The notes under the pieces are model-generated. The model was not told where the DNA came from and made no database searches. It saw nothing but the letters and a program-made list of their open reading frames with translations. Both the position numbers and the translations under genes were made by a program. A DNA stretch of 64,000 nt from Rhizaria sp. SCN 62-66 (Eukaryota), in contig MEDY01000082.1 in the NCBI GenBank assembly GCA_001724265.1, forward strand, positions 1 through 64,000, read 5' to 3'. Below, piece by piece: positions 1 through 12,900 of the stretch (position 1 is the first letter of the stretch; every line of letters begins with the position of its first letter).

Positions 1-225
1 TTACAATTGTTTTATTGAGATCGGCATTTTTAAATCTGAAAATACAAAATCAACCACTATCTCTAGAATTTTCGCTCACTATCTGTATAATCGACTGTAC
101 ATCTCAAATCACTTCACAATAATAAATAACTTTTCGTATTTTTAAAAATTCTGTTTCCATCAGATTCATTTACATGAATGTAAACAAGTCAAACGAGTAG
201 CATTTGTGTAACTCTTTTAATACAC

Positions 226-3200
226 TTACTGCTTGTTGCTGTTGTTGTTAGTGATGATCGTATCAGCAGCAAGCTCAGCCTCAGCAAGCTTATACGTCAT
301 TTCACTCACCTTATCATCCAACCTCGCAACAAACACATCAACAATTATCGCACCATTCGTCGCTTTCGCGCTTACACTAGAGTTGTTCGTGTTGGAGTTA
401 GACTGAGACTTTGCGAGAGAACGCTTGTAAGCCTTGAGAGCGAGGTTGGCACGCGTCTCAGGATCTAAGCAGCACGCTGCAGTCTTGGTCTTGGTCTCAC
501 CGCGGAGATAGGTCGCTACCGTCGCCACCCACGCCGCGTCTAAGGGGGTCCTTACACCAGACTCCGATGCCGCTGCTGATGCCGCTGCAGTTGCAGTTGT
601 GGGTGCAAACGCGGTCGCCGTCGCCAGCAATGCAGCGCTGCCCGCAGTCAAAGTGTCGGCGACACTGCTGTCACTCTGCAGACTGAGGGGACTACTCGGC
701 AGCTGCGCACTCGCACTCATCACGTTCACCTTTGCGTTGTTGTTGTTGTTGTTCGAGCCCCAGATGAGGCGACTGGCCCACTGTCCCCAGCCTTCGCTGG
801 CAGCCTCGCCATCAGTGCCCGGCACAACGCCGCAGCCCGCGGCCACGGCCTTGTACACCGCGGTGGCACTTACATCCTCTAAGGGGGTGCCGCTGGGGCT
901 TAGACCGAGGTAGAGAGCCTCGCGCGCGCGCCGTTGAGGCAGGCTGTTCACCACACTGGCAGCATTCTCAGTGCCAGCATTCTTACCACTGTTGCTAACA
1001 GTCACATTGGCACTCGAATACCGATTTTGACTCAGGTTCTGAGAACTAGTGCGCGTATTAGCGCTGTTGCTGTTGTTGTTACTCGCCGCTGCGGCAGCAG
1101 AGAGCTTCAACATGTCAAGCTTGGTGTTGACCGCACTCACAGTGGCGGGGCCGGCGCTGCCCGTCAACGCAATGCGCAGCGCAGCCGCGGCTGCAAGGTC
1201 GGCGCGCAGGGAAGCGACTGTGCGCACACTGTCCAGCACTGCTGACTCAGCGACGGAAGTTAGGCCGCCATCGGCAGACGCGGTGATAATTTTGTTACTC
1301 TTGTCACTTTCACTGCCACTCGCATCATTTTGACTGTCACTCTCATCGTTATTGTTCTTGTTGTTTTCGTGGTGAACAAATCCGCTTTGTCCGAACGCTT
1401 GCTCCAGCGCGTCGCGGCGCCTCGCTTCCTCGGCGAGCACCGCGATTGACGGCGCACGGCTCGGACCGGCGCTGCAGCGGGCGTGCAGAAAGGCGAATGC
1501 GCTGCGCAGAGCAGCGGCGTCGGTGCCGGTCGGCAAAGTACTCGCATTCGATGAAACAGCGGCAGGGGCAGAGGTAGGGGCACCGACACTGCTGTCGGAG
1601 ACTTGCTGCTGCTCCTGCTGCTGTTGCTGTTGCTGCTGCTGCTGCTGTTGCTTGAGCGCGATGCTACTCTGGACGTTGTTGATAATGCTCGCCGTCTTGG
1701 CAGTGGCGACGTCTTCAACGAGGCCCAGCTCGGCCACGAGCCGCGTCTCCTCAGCGCCCAGCGACGCGGAAAGGATATCCTTGAGCAGCTGCCCCATCGC
1801 TTCGCCCGTGCCATTGCTCACGGCCCCGCTAGACTGTGACACGGCGAGTTTCTCCGTGATGACGGCGCGGGTGTCCTGCAGAGCCCACAGGCGGCGGCGC
1901 AGAGCGTCGGCCTCGGTGGCCAAGTCAGACAAGGACAGAGAGCAGATCTCGTGGAGGCGGCAGTAGCGGTCCGTGAAGGCGGTGAAAGCTGTCGCCAAGT
2001 CGTTGCCTTCGCTCTCACTCGCATTGGAGCGAGCGCTAGAGTTCGCGTTCACAGCATTACTGTTAGCGATGTTTTTGTTTTTGTTTTTGTTGTTCTGGAG
2101 AGCTGCAGTGACGTTAGACAACACAGGGAGCGAAAACACAGTCTTGACACTCGAACTACTCGAGCGAGCGTTGTTAGCGTCATTGCTGTTGTTGTTGTTG
2201 TTGTTGCCGTCAGCGTTGTGGGGTGACGGGTAAGAGAGCGCGCGCGCAAGCTCACCTGCGTTGCCCACACCGCTCTTCACAAGCTGCTGAGGACTGACGC
2301 CTGTGACAGCGCAAAAGAGCGCCGGCAACGCTGCAGTAGCGATCCCGGCCTCCGCCGCCGCGGCCGCGAGCGCGACGTCGCCGCCCGCAGCCGCCACGCT
2401 CGAGCTGAGGAGGTTCAGGTTCCCGCCGTGGCCGTGGCCGTGGCCAAGGCGGTAGTCGCCGTCGGCACGCAAGGACGCCTGGCGACTTACCTTGTCGTCG
2501 GCAGCACTCGCGGTACTACTGTTGTTCTCAGAGTTGTTGCCGATTTTGAGGTTCTTGAGAGCGAGAGCAATGTCCTTCCTGTGGCTGATAGCGACGAATG
2601 TGACTGCAGAAGTGGCCAAAGCAAGGAGTAAAATCTCCCAGATCTTCACTGAGGCGCCATCTCCCTTGTCGTCGTCAGAGCGATCACTGCCACTGTTAGC
2701 CTTGCCATCTTTGCTATCCTTGTCACTGTTCTTATCGCTGTCACTCTTCACAACCTTGTCGTCGCTGTTAGTCTTCGCATCTGCGTCAGCACCCTGAGAT
2801 TTAGACTGAGGGGCAGAGGTCGAAAAGGTCCGGAGACTGCCGGTACTTACAAACGAGTAAGTAGTGCCCATGCCCATGCCCGAGCCATTGCTGCTGTTGT
2901 TGAAAGCAACCGACTGCGAGAGCCAACGGCTCGAGTTCGCAAGAGACATGCGACTGCTGCTATTGCAGCTGCTGTTAAAGCTGTTGTTGTTGCTGTTGTT
3001 CGCAAGGGAAGCAAGGGCAGCAGCAGCCTCGGGGAAGTCGCGCTTTGCTTGAGTGATGGCTGTCTTAAGCGCATGTAAGGGGTGCTTAGAGACCTCTAAC
3101 GGATAGTTAAGACTGTTCTCAGCACCCGTAGCAACAACGTTGGGACTGGAGCGACTCGTGTTAGCAGTGTGCATCGTGTTGCTGATGTTGGCGTTGTTGT

Positions 3201-6161
3201 TAATAGTGAAGACAGACGTGAGGGCGTTGGAAAGCGTGGTTGCAGCCTCGTTGGCAAGCACGGAAATGCTGTCGAACGCACTCATGCTAAAACTACTGCT
3301 GCTCATCATGCTCGCATTCAACTTCGCGTCATTGTTGCTGCTGTCATTAACGTTATTAACCACAGCCGCAGCCGCAGTAGCCGCAGTTGCAGTGGCCGCA
3401 GCCTCGGCAGCGGGCGTGAAGGACTGTGAAAGCGAATGTGAGCAGAGTGACTGTGATCCCCACGTCAGCAGTGACTGTGAGTCCGGCAGCGACGCGAGAA
3501 CCGGAGGGAAGCCGGACCTTTCCATCTTCTGCACCTGGACAGCTGAAGTGGAAACTGGAGGGAGAGCGGGCACCTCCGCTTTGTGCGCGCCGAGGGAAGA
3601 GTTAGGCGAGAGGGTCAGAGACAGCACAAGCACAGAGTCGGCTTCGCTGTTGTTGCCTTGAACACTGGCAACATCGGCAGCCTCAGCACCAGCCTTCGCA
3701 ACCGTTGCCACAACAGTCGCGGGAGCAACAACAGCAGCAGCAACAGGAACAGTGTTGCTGTTGTTGTTGCTGGTAACAGGAGAGAGCTTGATGCTGCTGT
3801 AACCACTGTTGGCAAGATTGTTGTTGTTATTGTAGTTACAGTCGTTCATAGACGTAGCAAAGTCGGCCATGTAAGTAGCCGCGTTCTCAACGCTGCCGAC
3901 GCGCTTAGTGTCAATGTAAGCGGAAGACAACGAGGTACTTAGACGGCGACCACTGCTAGAGCCACTGCTGAGAGCAGAGCTGCGGTTGTGGAAGCGGTGG
4001 TGCTCGCTCGCGCCGTGCTGCCATAGTAGCAAGGTGGGGGACGGGGACGCGAGCACAGAGTACACGTCGTACCACCGTGCCAGCGCCGTGGCGCGGCCTG
4101 CGTCGTCGCCCCCCGCCTCTTTACTATGCAGCAGCAGACGGGTGAGCGGGTGCGGCTGCGAGGCGGCGATCATAGACCGCAGCGGCTTGACTTTAAACAC
4201 ACTCACACTCGTGTGAGCGTTGTCGTTGTTGTCGTTGTGAGAGCTCATGATGTTCGCCAGTGTCGTCAGTGCCGTTGCTTTGGCGCTGCTCAAGGCACTG
4301 ACAAGACGGGTACTCACCATGTGGCGGCCCAGCGAGGCCACGAAGCTGAGCCGCTCGCGCAAGTTAAGCCGCGTCCGACCAATGCCACTGACAGCAGGCA
4401 CTTGACCGCTATTCCCAGCAGCAGCAGCAACAGAGGCATTAGTACTGGCAGTGCCGTTACGGTTGCTGTTCTGGTTTGCGTTTGTCCTGCTGTTGCCGAT
4501 GCGGCGGTAGCGGTTGCGCGTGTTGACATAGTGCGTCACAGCGCTCACGCGCCCGACGACACGAGGAGCCGCCTGAGCACGCGCACTCGCACTCACATGA
4601 GCGTTGGCATGAGCAGTGTTGGTGGGAGTGGTGGGCGTGCTGACAGTGGGTGCGCTGGCGATGACAGCGCTCACAGCCGCACTCAATGCGTGAGCGTTCT
4701 TGTCGCTGCCGTTGCCGTTGTTGTTGTTGTTGTTGTTGTTGTTGTTGCTGTTGTTCTTGGCCGCAGGTACCTTTGTCTTAGCCTGAACCTTAGCCTTGGC
4801 CTTGGCCTTGGTCTGAGCCTTGGCCGGAGCCTTGGCCACTGCTTTCGCATGGGACTGCAGCTGAGACTGCGCCTGCAAGTGTGACAATGAGTGCGCGTGC
4901 GATGCATTATGCAGCGACGCAGCGTCGACAAATGTGTAGTCATCCTCAGCAGCGGCGGGACCCAAGAGGGGGTTGGCGGCGAAAAACTCACTGAGACCGT
5001 CGCTGTAGCCCCTTAGATCGGCCGCGTGGCCGTAGGAGCCCCTTACCCCGCCGGTGTAGGCATAAGCGCCGCGCGGGGAGGTACTTAGTCCAGCGCCGCC
5101 GCCGGTGTAAGCAATGGGGGAGAGCTGGCGGGTAAGGGGGATCGACGATGTAAGTCCCTTGCTGCCGCCGCTGGTGCTGACGTAAGGGTAGTTGTGACCA
5201 GCTCCAACAGCAGCAGCAGCAGCAGCAGCAGCCGCGGCGGCAGCAGCAGCGCCGCGAGCGCGTGCAAGTACCTGGTTCTGCGATGCAAGTACCTGGCGCG
5301 TCAGGGGACGCGTGCGAGCACCAGTGTAGGCACTTACATTGTAGTTGTTTTGAGTAAGCGGCGTAAGTGTTGCAGAGCCTGACGGTGTAAGGGGAATGTA
5401 AGTGGGCGCGGCGGCGATGTAAGTGGTGCCGGAAGGACCCGCGTAAGTACCGCCAGCGATATAAGTGTCCTCACACAAGTACGTGTCATCAATCGCATTG
5501 GTATCAACAGCAACAGCGGCGGCAGCGGCAGTGGAGTTGGCCGCCGCAGAAATGTACGTGCGGTGATTGCTATAAGGGCTGCTGCTGCTGGAGAAGGCGC
5601 TGCTGGTGTAAATGTGGGGGTCAGAGCCTGAGCGACGACGCACAACACCAGGACCACTGGCACTCGCACTCGCACCGGCGCTAACACTCGTAGTCGCATT
5701 CGTGGTAGGAGCAGCAGTCGTCACTGATGCGTTCGCGGTGTGACCGTGACCGTGGCCGTGAGCGTGAGGCGTGGGAGCGAGAGTCGCGATGGGACGGTGA
5801 GTGTAACCAGAATCAGCCACATTCTGCTGCTGCTGAGTCGTGTTGTTGGTGGTTGGCGTCAGCAAAGTTGTTTGCTGCTGCTGTTGCTGTTGCTGCTGTT
5901 GCTGGTGTTGTTGCTGCTGGTGCTGCTGTTGATGCTGCTGCACGCAGCGGCGGATGTGCGAGGCGTGGTTCACCAAGGCACGGCGGCCGAGCTGAGCCTG
6001 CGAGGACTGTAAAGCCAAATGAGAAAGAAAACGTAAAACAAACGGATAAGACACAAGCGAGGAGAGTGAGTGGTAAGAAGCAGGGAGGCCGGCGAGACAG
6101 AGAGAGTTCAAGAGCTCGGATTCGAGAGCTCGAGAGTCAGTATGAAGACGGAACGTACCAT
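226..6161 (-). CDS. Large low-complexity protein of unknown function (~1927 aa), possibly mitochondrial with one transmembrane segment; exons 6161-6159 (ATG only) and 6006-226
   Basis: 5.8 kb open frame ending in TAA (226-228). The upstream ATG at 6161-6159 is followed directly by GTACGT, and a pyrimidine-rich ...ctttacAG acceptor at 6007 joins in frame to give MSSQAQLGRRALVNHASHIRR. Hydrophobic stretch IWEILLLALATSAVTFVAI near 2590-2645. No known domain recognised. Confidence 0.75.
4711..4754 (-). repeat. (AAC)n coding microsatellite encoding a poly-Asn tract
   Basis: Run of gtt triplets on + strand; translates to NNSNNNNNNNNNNGNG. Representative of many poly-N/Q/A/S tracts in the window. 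Confidence 0.9.
6007..6158 (-). other. Spliceosomal intron (152 nt) immediately after the start codon
   Basis: GTACGT donor, pyrimidine-rich body, CAG acceptor; phase-0 join supplies an ATG start for the 5.8 kb ORF. Confidence 0.75.
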
Positions 6162-6975
6162 CGCGGATAATAAAACGTCTGACGGTAGCCTTTTTGTCGC
6201 ACAGGAAGTGAGTGTAGTCTTTGTGTGCTTGTGTGAGTGTCTACACAGTGAGCAAAGAGCGCGAGTACGAAAGAGCGATGAGGGTTGGCGGGTGAGACTT
6301 TGGAGAAAGATAGGAGAAGGTTTCATCTTATTTTTGAAGATATAATAAAGGATGCTATAATATTTAATCACAAATTAACCAGGAAAACATGTTTGATATT
6401 AAACTGACGACCGGAAGTGCTTATTTAGTTGTTTTTCAAAGCCGACTTAGGAGGGCAGTTGGTCGGTGACTGTGGGCTACCTCTCGGGTCAAGCATGGCC
6501 ATCGTCAAACAATCCTCGAGGCGGCACTTATAGTTCAGTGATCTTCCTTATCGCTTTTAGGAGTGGTTATTTTACAACTTTTATTATATAATCCCTTCAT
6601 TGCGTGCCTTCACACGATTGCGATCCCTTAATTTGCGCTCTCCGCAGTGCTGGGTCACAGCGAGTCAATCTGCCTTGGAGCGTGCCTTGATTTCACCACA
6701 TCTATCCACCATCCACGATTCCAATTACTCTGTAATCTCTCTTTTCCGATTCTTACTTGGAATTTTTATCCAATTTTACTTCTCTTGTCCTTACGAAAAT
6801 TGTTCTTTACGCTTTAGGAGGTTGCTTTCAACCTCACTCGTCACGTTGCCCCTTCTCCTGAGCAGGCACTGGTGACAAAGTCACTCTTGCACTCGCCTTC
6901 TTATTTTCTTTGCGTTCTGCAAGACCCTGTAGTGAGAGTATCCGAGTATTGAGTTTTTGAGTCTGTTTGAGCGCT

Positions 6976-9900
6976 ATGCCGGGCTCTCCTGTCTCTGCTA
7001 ACAACAGCGCTATGAGCAACGTGGGCAGCAGCTTTAGCAACAGCTCGAGCTCTGTTGCCGCTGCTCCTGCCCCTGCAACTGCCTCTGGCAGTGCGAGCGC
7101 TTCTTCTAGTGTTAGTGCGAGTCCGGTTCTAGGCCCCTTGCCTCGATCTCAGTTTCAGTCGCAGTCCCAGCCTCAGCCTTCCGAGTCTGCCACTGCTCCC
7201 GCTGAGGCCGACGCTAAGGATGCGGACGCTGACGCTGACGCTGACGATGGCGCTGACGATGGTTCTGGCCCGAGGACTCCCAGCAACAACAACAACAACA
7301 GCACTAGCAACAACGTCAGCACTATGAGTCCCCTCGACAACAGCAGCGCTGCTCCTGTTGCAAGCGCGAGTGCGAATGCGAATCACAGCAACAATGCAAG
7401 TACCACCAATAGTGCCAATGTGAGCGTCAGTAGCGGTTCTGTGCGCCGCGCATTCACGTTCTCGCCGCCGAAACCCGTTAACAACAATGACAACAACAGA
7501 AGCGCGCGCAGTAGCGCGAATCTTAACGTAGTTCGTGGTTTGTTTAGTTCGCCAACCACAATGTCAACGACACCGACGCCGACACTGCAACAACAACAAC
7601 ATCACAGCACAAACACAAACTCAACTGCAAATGTGACTGCCACTGCGAACTATGGCAGCAGTAGCACCATTGACAGCTACAACCTTCCTCGGCCAACCTA
7701 CAACAACAACGACACTGAGCAGTCTCCTTCAAACAGCAGCAGTTCCAGCGGTGGGATGGGGAATAACAGGATGATGACTGTGGGCGACTACCACGGCTTA
7801 ACTTCCCGCAGCAGCGGCTTGACTTCCCCGTTCGCCGGCGCCATCAATAACACGCTCAATAATAGCAACAACGCGACCAACAGCTTTTTGTCCCCCTTTG
7901 GCTCAAGCAACAGCAGCACAACGAGCTCCAACTTCAACTTCGGCTTCCATAGTCCCGACAGCGGCGGCGGCAGCGAGACCCTTACGTCCTCGACCCCCTT
8001 AGTCGATCCCTCTGGCGCCGTGTTCTACCCGTCTCCATACGATTACAGTGCAGCGCCGCTCCCGCGGCCGCGGCTCCAACGGCTGTACAAGGCTTGGCCC
8101 GGCCGCGCGCGCTTCCCCTGCCGCGGCCGGTTCGTGGTCGGCGCCAACCGCCGCTGCTTTCTGTTTACGCTCACCTCCGTCGCACTGTCAGCGCTGCTCT
8201 CGCTGGCCGTGCTGCCCGCGCTGGCGCCGGTGTTTCCCCCCGCTCCGCTGCCCCCGCTGCGCGCGGTCTCGGCCAGCAGCGGAGAGATGCAGCAAGTGAC
8301 CGTGAGCAGCGCGGGTCCCGAGAGGTTCTATAATGCACTGCCCTTGTTTCTCACGCAGCACTACGACAACAAGGTTGCCGCTGCCGCGGCGTCTGCCGCC
8401 GCCGCGGTCGTCTCGTCGGTCGCGGCAGCGACTGTGAGCGCTTACACGACACTTACACACGCGCTGTGGGTGGTGACGGAGCCGGTCGCGAGGTACTTAC
8501 ACGCCAACGCGGCTCTACTTACATTCCTCGCGCTCGCGGGTCTTGTGTTCTACTTACTGGTCCGCACGGGAACCAGTGACCCCGGTATCTTGCCGAGGCT
8601 CCCCGCCGATCGGCCGGTGCCGCCGCCCCTTACTTTGCACCTGTTGGCGCCACCGGCACCCTTACACCAGCTCGCAGCGGCTGCGACCGGCAGCGACAAG
8701 CAAGTGGCGGTGAGTAAAGCTAAAGCGGGTTTTTCTTCTACCTCTTCTTCATCTAAAATGAAGAGTAAGAGGCGGTTGAGGACGAATCAGATCAAGTGCG
8801 ATGATGATCACGGCGACTGCGACCACCAAAACGACGACAATAAGAATAACAATGCTCCTGATGATGATGAGACGGAGGTTTACAACACCAATGACCAAGG
8901 AGAAAGCAAGAACTCAAACACTCCTTCATCTGCCGCTGCTGCTGCCGCTGCCGCTGCTTCTGCATCAGCAAGTGTTGCTCAGAATGTAAGTATCTCCCGG
9001 ACCCTTACCTGGGCGCGCGAGCCCGACGGCGACCCTGTGCGTCTCTGCTCAGTCTGCAACATTTTTCGGCCTCCGCGCGCCAAGCACTGTCGCTTTTGTG
9101 ACCATTGCGTGCTTGAATTCGACCACCATTGCCCCTGGACGGGCGCCTGCGTCGGCCGCCGCAATTACCGGTCGTTCCTGTCGCTGCTGCTGGCCGCGAC
9201 GACGTACACAGTGTTTCTCTTCACGCTCGCTGTAAGGGACTTCCGGGACGATTTGACCGAGCTGGCGGGTACCTACATCGCGTCTAAGTACCCCGACGCC
9301 AGTGTCACCGTCAGTTCGTGGGCCGTCGTCAAGGCGTACCTCGTCAATGTGCCCGAGATGTGCGTGGTTAACATGTCGAACTTCTTGCTGCTGCTCTTCG
9401 CCGCCGGTGCCTTAGCGACTGTGATTCCCCTGCTCAAGTACCACGTGTCGTTGCTGCAACGCGGCCTGACCACGAACGAAGACGTGCGCGGCCGCTATGT
9501 CAACCCGTCGCTCCTGCGTGTCAGCAACAACGCAAATGTTGCCGCGAACGGCAACGCCGCCGCCGACGCTGCTGCCGCTGACGACAGCGCGGCTGGTTTG
9601 GTCGATAGCGGCGCTATTTCAGCAGGCAGCCTGACTCCCTTCGCCAGCTACAACTCCGCAACTCTCCTGCTAGACGACACTTTCCCCTCGAATAACAATA
9701 ACTCCGCTGCCACTGCGCCTGACACTGCGACCGCGACTGCGCCTGAAGTGCACGAAATCCCTTTTAACGCCGGCTTTTTCGCGAACCTGCGCCGCGCGCT
9801 CTGGGACGCGCTGCCGGCGCCCGCTTTGGACCCGCGCGTGTGGGTCACGAGTTCCACCGGCGCACCCGTGCTGCCCGCCGCCGCCACGGCCGCGGACGCG

Positions 9901-12900
9901 TACGCGTGGCAGCGCGGGCAGGCGCCTCGCTGCGTCAACGAGTTCAAGCGGCGCACGCATGCGGAGGCCGCGGCGGCGGGGATCAGGGCTGCGCTGAGCG
10001 CCGCGGGTGCGTACACGTCGGCGGCGACTTACGCGGGCGCGGCGCAGGGTACTTACGCCGGCACTGTGGGGTGGGTAAGGGGCCACTTGCTGTCGCCGAT
10101 GGCTGTTGCGGCCGCGACCGTCATGGACTGCGTCTGCTGTCGTTGCAATCGCAACAACAACAGCGACAATGACAACAACTCGAATGCGGCGACTGATGAT
10201 GATTTAGCTGCGAACGCTGTTGTTGTTGTGACTGCTGGAGGCAATCAACCCGGGACTTTGTCACCTGCAAACAGCAAGCGTTTTCCGTACCACTCACCTC
10301 GCAACAACTCCAGCGCTAATGCCAGTGCCAGTGCCAGCGTCAGTGCGAGCGCTTCGAACAGCGGTGTTTTGAGGCCTCGTGAGCGGCCACCACGTTCTCC
10401 CGCGTCCTTGGCGATGGCTAATTTAACTTCAGCGACTGTGAACTCTAGCTCTAGTTCTAGCTCTGGCTCTGCTTCTGGACTGGTTGGGTTCAACCTTAAT
10501 AGCGCTCCAAACAAGAATGCTTCGATGCTGTTGGAGCCTCCTTCGAACTGTACCCCACCCTTAGATGGCGCTAACGGACCACTTAGTGAGCCTGGACCCA
10601 AGAAGTCAACCAGTTTAAGTACTCTCGCCGTCCACGATAACAATGCTGACGATGATGAAGAAAGTTACAACGCATTGACGGCGCAGCTTTCGACTAAAAA
10701 CGCACAGAATAAGCATAATTTCGCCAACTTTATGTCTTCTAGCTCTAGTTCTACTGCCGGTGCGGGTAATAATATCAGTGTCCAGCTACATAGTGAGGCT
10801 GCCGGCACGCATGCGAGCGAGGCGACTGATAGGTACCCGCCTCCCCTTAGCCCCGCCCCTCAGCGTTACTCGTCGACTGTCCACCAACAAGGCTCTGGTT
10901 ACAACGCGACAAACAGCATTAACGCCTCCCCTATGTCCGTGAGTATTGGTGGCCACAACAGCTATCACTACAACAGCTTTAACTACCTGAGCCCCTCTGC
11001 CGGCTCTGCTGCCGCCGCTGCTGCTGCTGCTGACAACACGATGCCAAACGGTCCCAGCGGCCCCGGTGGCGGCGTTTGGCGTCCCGCCGGCGCCAGTGCC
11101 AGCGGCGGCGGGAAAGTTAAGCCGCTGCTGACGCCGTCGTCTGCGCGCTTCGCTCTACTCGACCAGCAGTTTGCTGAGCTCGGCATGGTGACCAAGCCGT
11201 CTCTGGGTCCCGGTTCGGACGACGACAGCGACTACGACAACAATGACGCCTTTACGAGCGGCGACAACAACACTGACATCATCCTCAGCAGCAGCCCTCT
11301 TGGCGGCGGCGGTCGCGGTGGTAAAAGCTCGTTGTTTTCCTGCTCGCAGTGCTTGCCTAGCAGTCTAAGTACCTCTTGCTGCAGCGGGAGTGTAACTAGC
11401 TGCGACTGCTGCTGCAAGGGCGGCGGTGGCGGGCGCGGCGGTGGCTTGACTATCAACAGTTTCGCGCCGCGCCGGCGCCGCAGCGGGAGTGCTGGTACTC
11501 GTGACGCCCACGGTCACTCGCAGCCGGGCGACGGTGAGCAGCTCGACGACGCGAGTGACCGTGAGCAGCTGCAGGAGCCGGAGCCGGAGGGCTACTGCAC
11601 AGCCCGGGCGCGCGCGGCGGCGGAGGCCGCTAGTGTGCGTCACTGGGAGACAGTGCACTCGGGGCCTGCAATGCTGCTGCGGCAGAGGGCGGAGGGCGAG
11701 GCCGCCGCGGTGGCGCTTGCAACCAAAACTGCGGCTGCGGCGGCCGCGGCCGCGGCGGCCGCTGTCACTGCGGCGGTCGCCGAGGCCGCTGCGGCGCGAA
11801 ACAAGAGCAAGACGAGCGGCTCTAGTAGCAAGAGTACTCACGGTACGCATGCTACTTATGGGAGTACTCATGGGCTGCGTAACCGCCGTCGTCGCCGTCA
11901 CGGCAATACCACTGACACGACGAACACTGATGAACCAAGCACGAGTAACAAGATTGTGAGTAAAACGAATGCTAGCGCCCATCTTGTCAGTGGTAGCAGT
12001 AAGAGCAGCTACGGATTGCTGTGTGATGTGACCCCCGGGTCTTTGACCGAGTGCAAGGCTGAGGATCCGTCAGTGCCGCACTTACACTCCCCGCCGCCGC
12101 CCTTTGACGATCTAAGCACCCCCTTGGTCGACTCTCGCCTCAGCACTCCTCAACAGCCCCCCCACCCTCGCAACAGCCTTAGTCACCGCCACAGCCTTGG
12201 TCTCCCACACAGCGGCAGCAAACGGCTCACGCTCACGCCTCGCACGTCCTCCGCACTCACCGCTGCCGCCACGCGCGCGCCGGCCACTCCCGGCGAGGCC
12301 TCCGCCGCGGCCGCCGCGGGCGCGCTGGGGTGGATGCACGTCTCCTCGGCCGAGTTGACTGCGGAGCGCACGACAAACGAGGAGCAGGACCGAAAAAACC
12401 GCCTCGCGGCGCGGCGCAGGCTGCGGCGGCGGCGGTCCACGGCTGCGGCGCTGGGCGCGGCGGCCGTTGCGGCGGCGGCCGCGGCCGCGGCGGGGGCACG
12501 TGTGATGGTTACGATGGACGGGAGTTTTGAGATCGATTACGCCAGCGTGGCCACGATTGCGGCGGCGGAGGCTGAGGCGCAAGCGCAAGCTGAAGCTGAA
12601 GCTGAAGCTGAAGCTGAGACTGAGGCTGGCTCAGGATCAGACTCTGATGCAGAGTCAGGCTCCGAGTTCGAGTCACAGTCTGGGTCGGGACGCGAGAGTG
12701 ACTGTGAGCGTGTAAGTGCCACTGTAAGAGAGGGTGTAAGTACCTCAGCGAACACTGAGAAGACGTCGCTCATCTCTAAACGTCGCCGTGGTAACTCCTC
12801 AACTTACACCAACAATAACGAAGACGAGGACGAAGACGACGCTGCGCCGACTGCCATTGACGATGATCATGATGACGACGACGATGATGACGATGGGTTT

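Noticed and set aside
6198-6420. ETS-like GGAAGTG motifs in the divergent promoter
   Set aside because: Short motifs expected by chance; ETS factors are animal-specific and nothing here indicates an animal genome.
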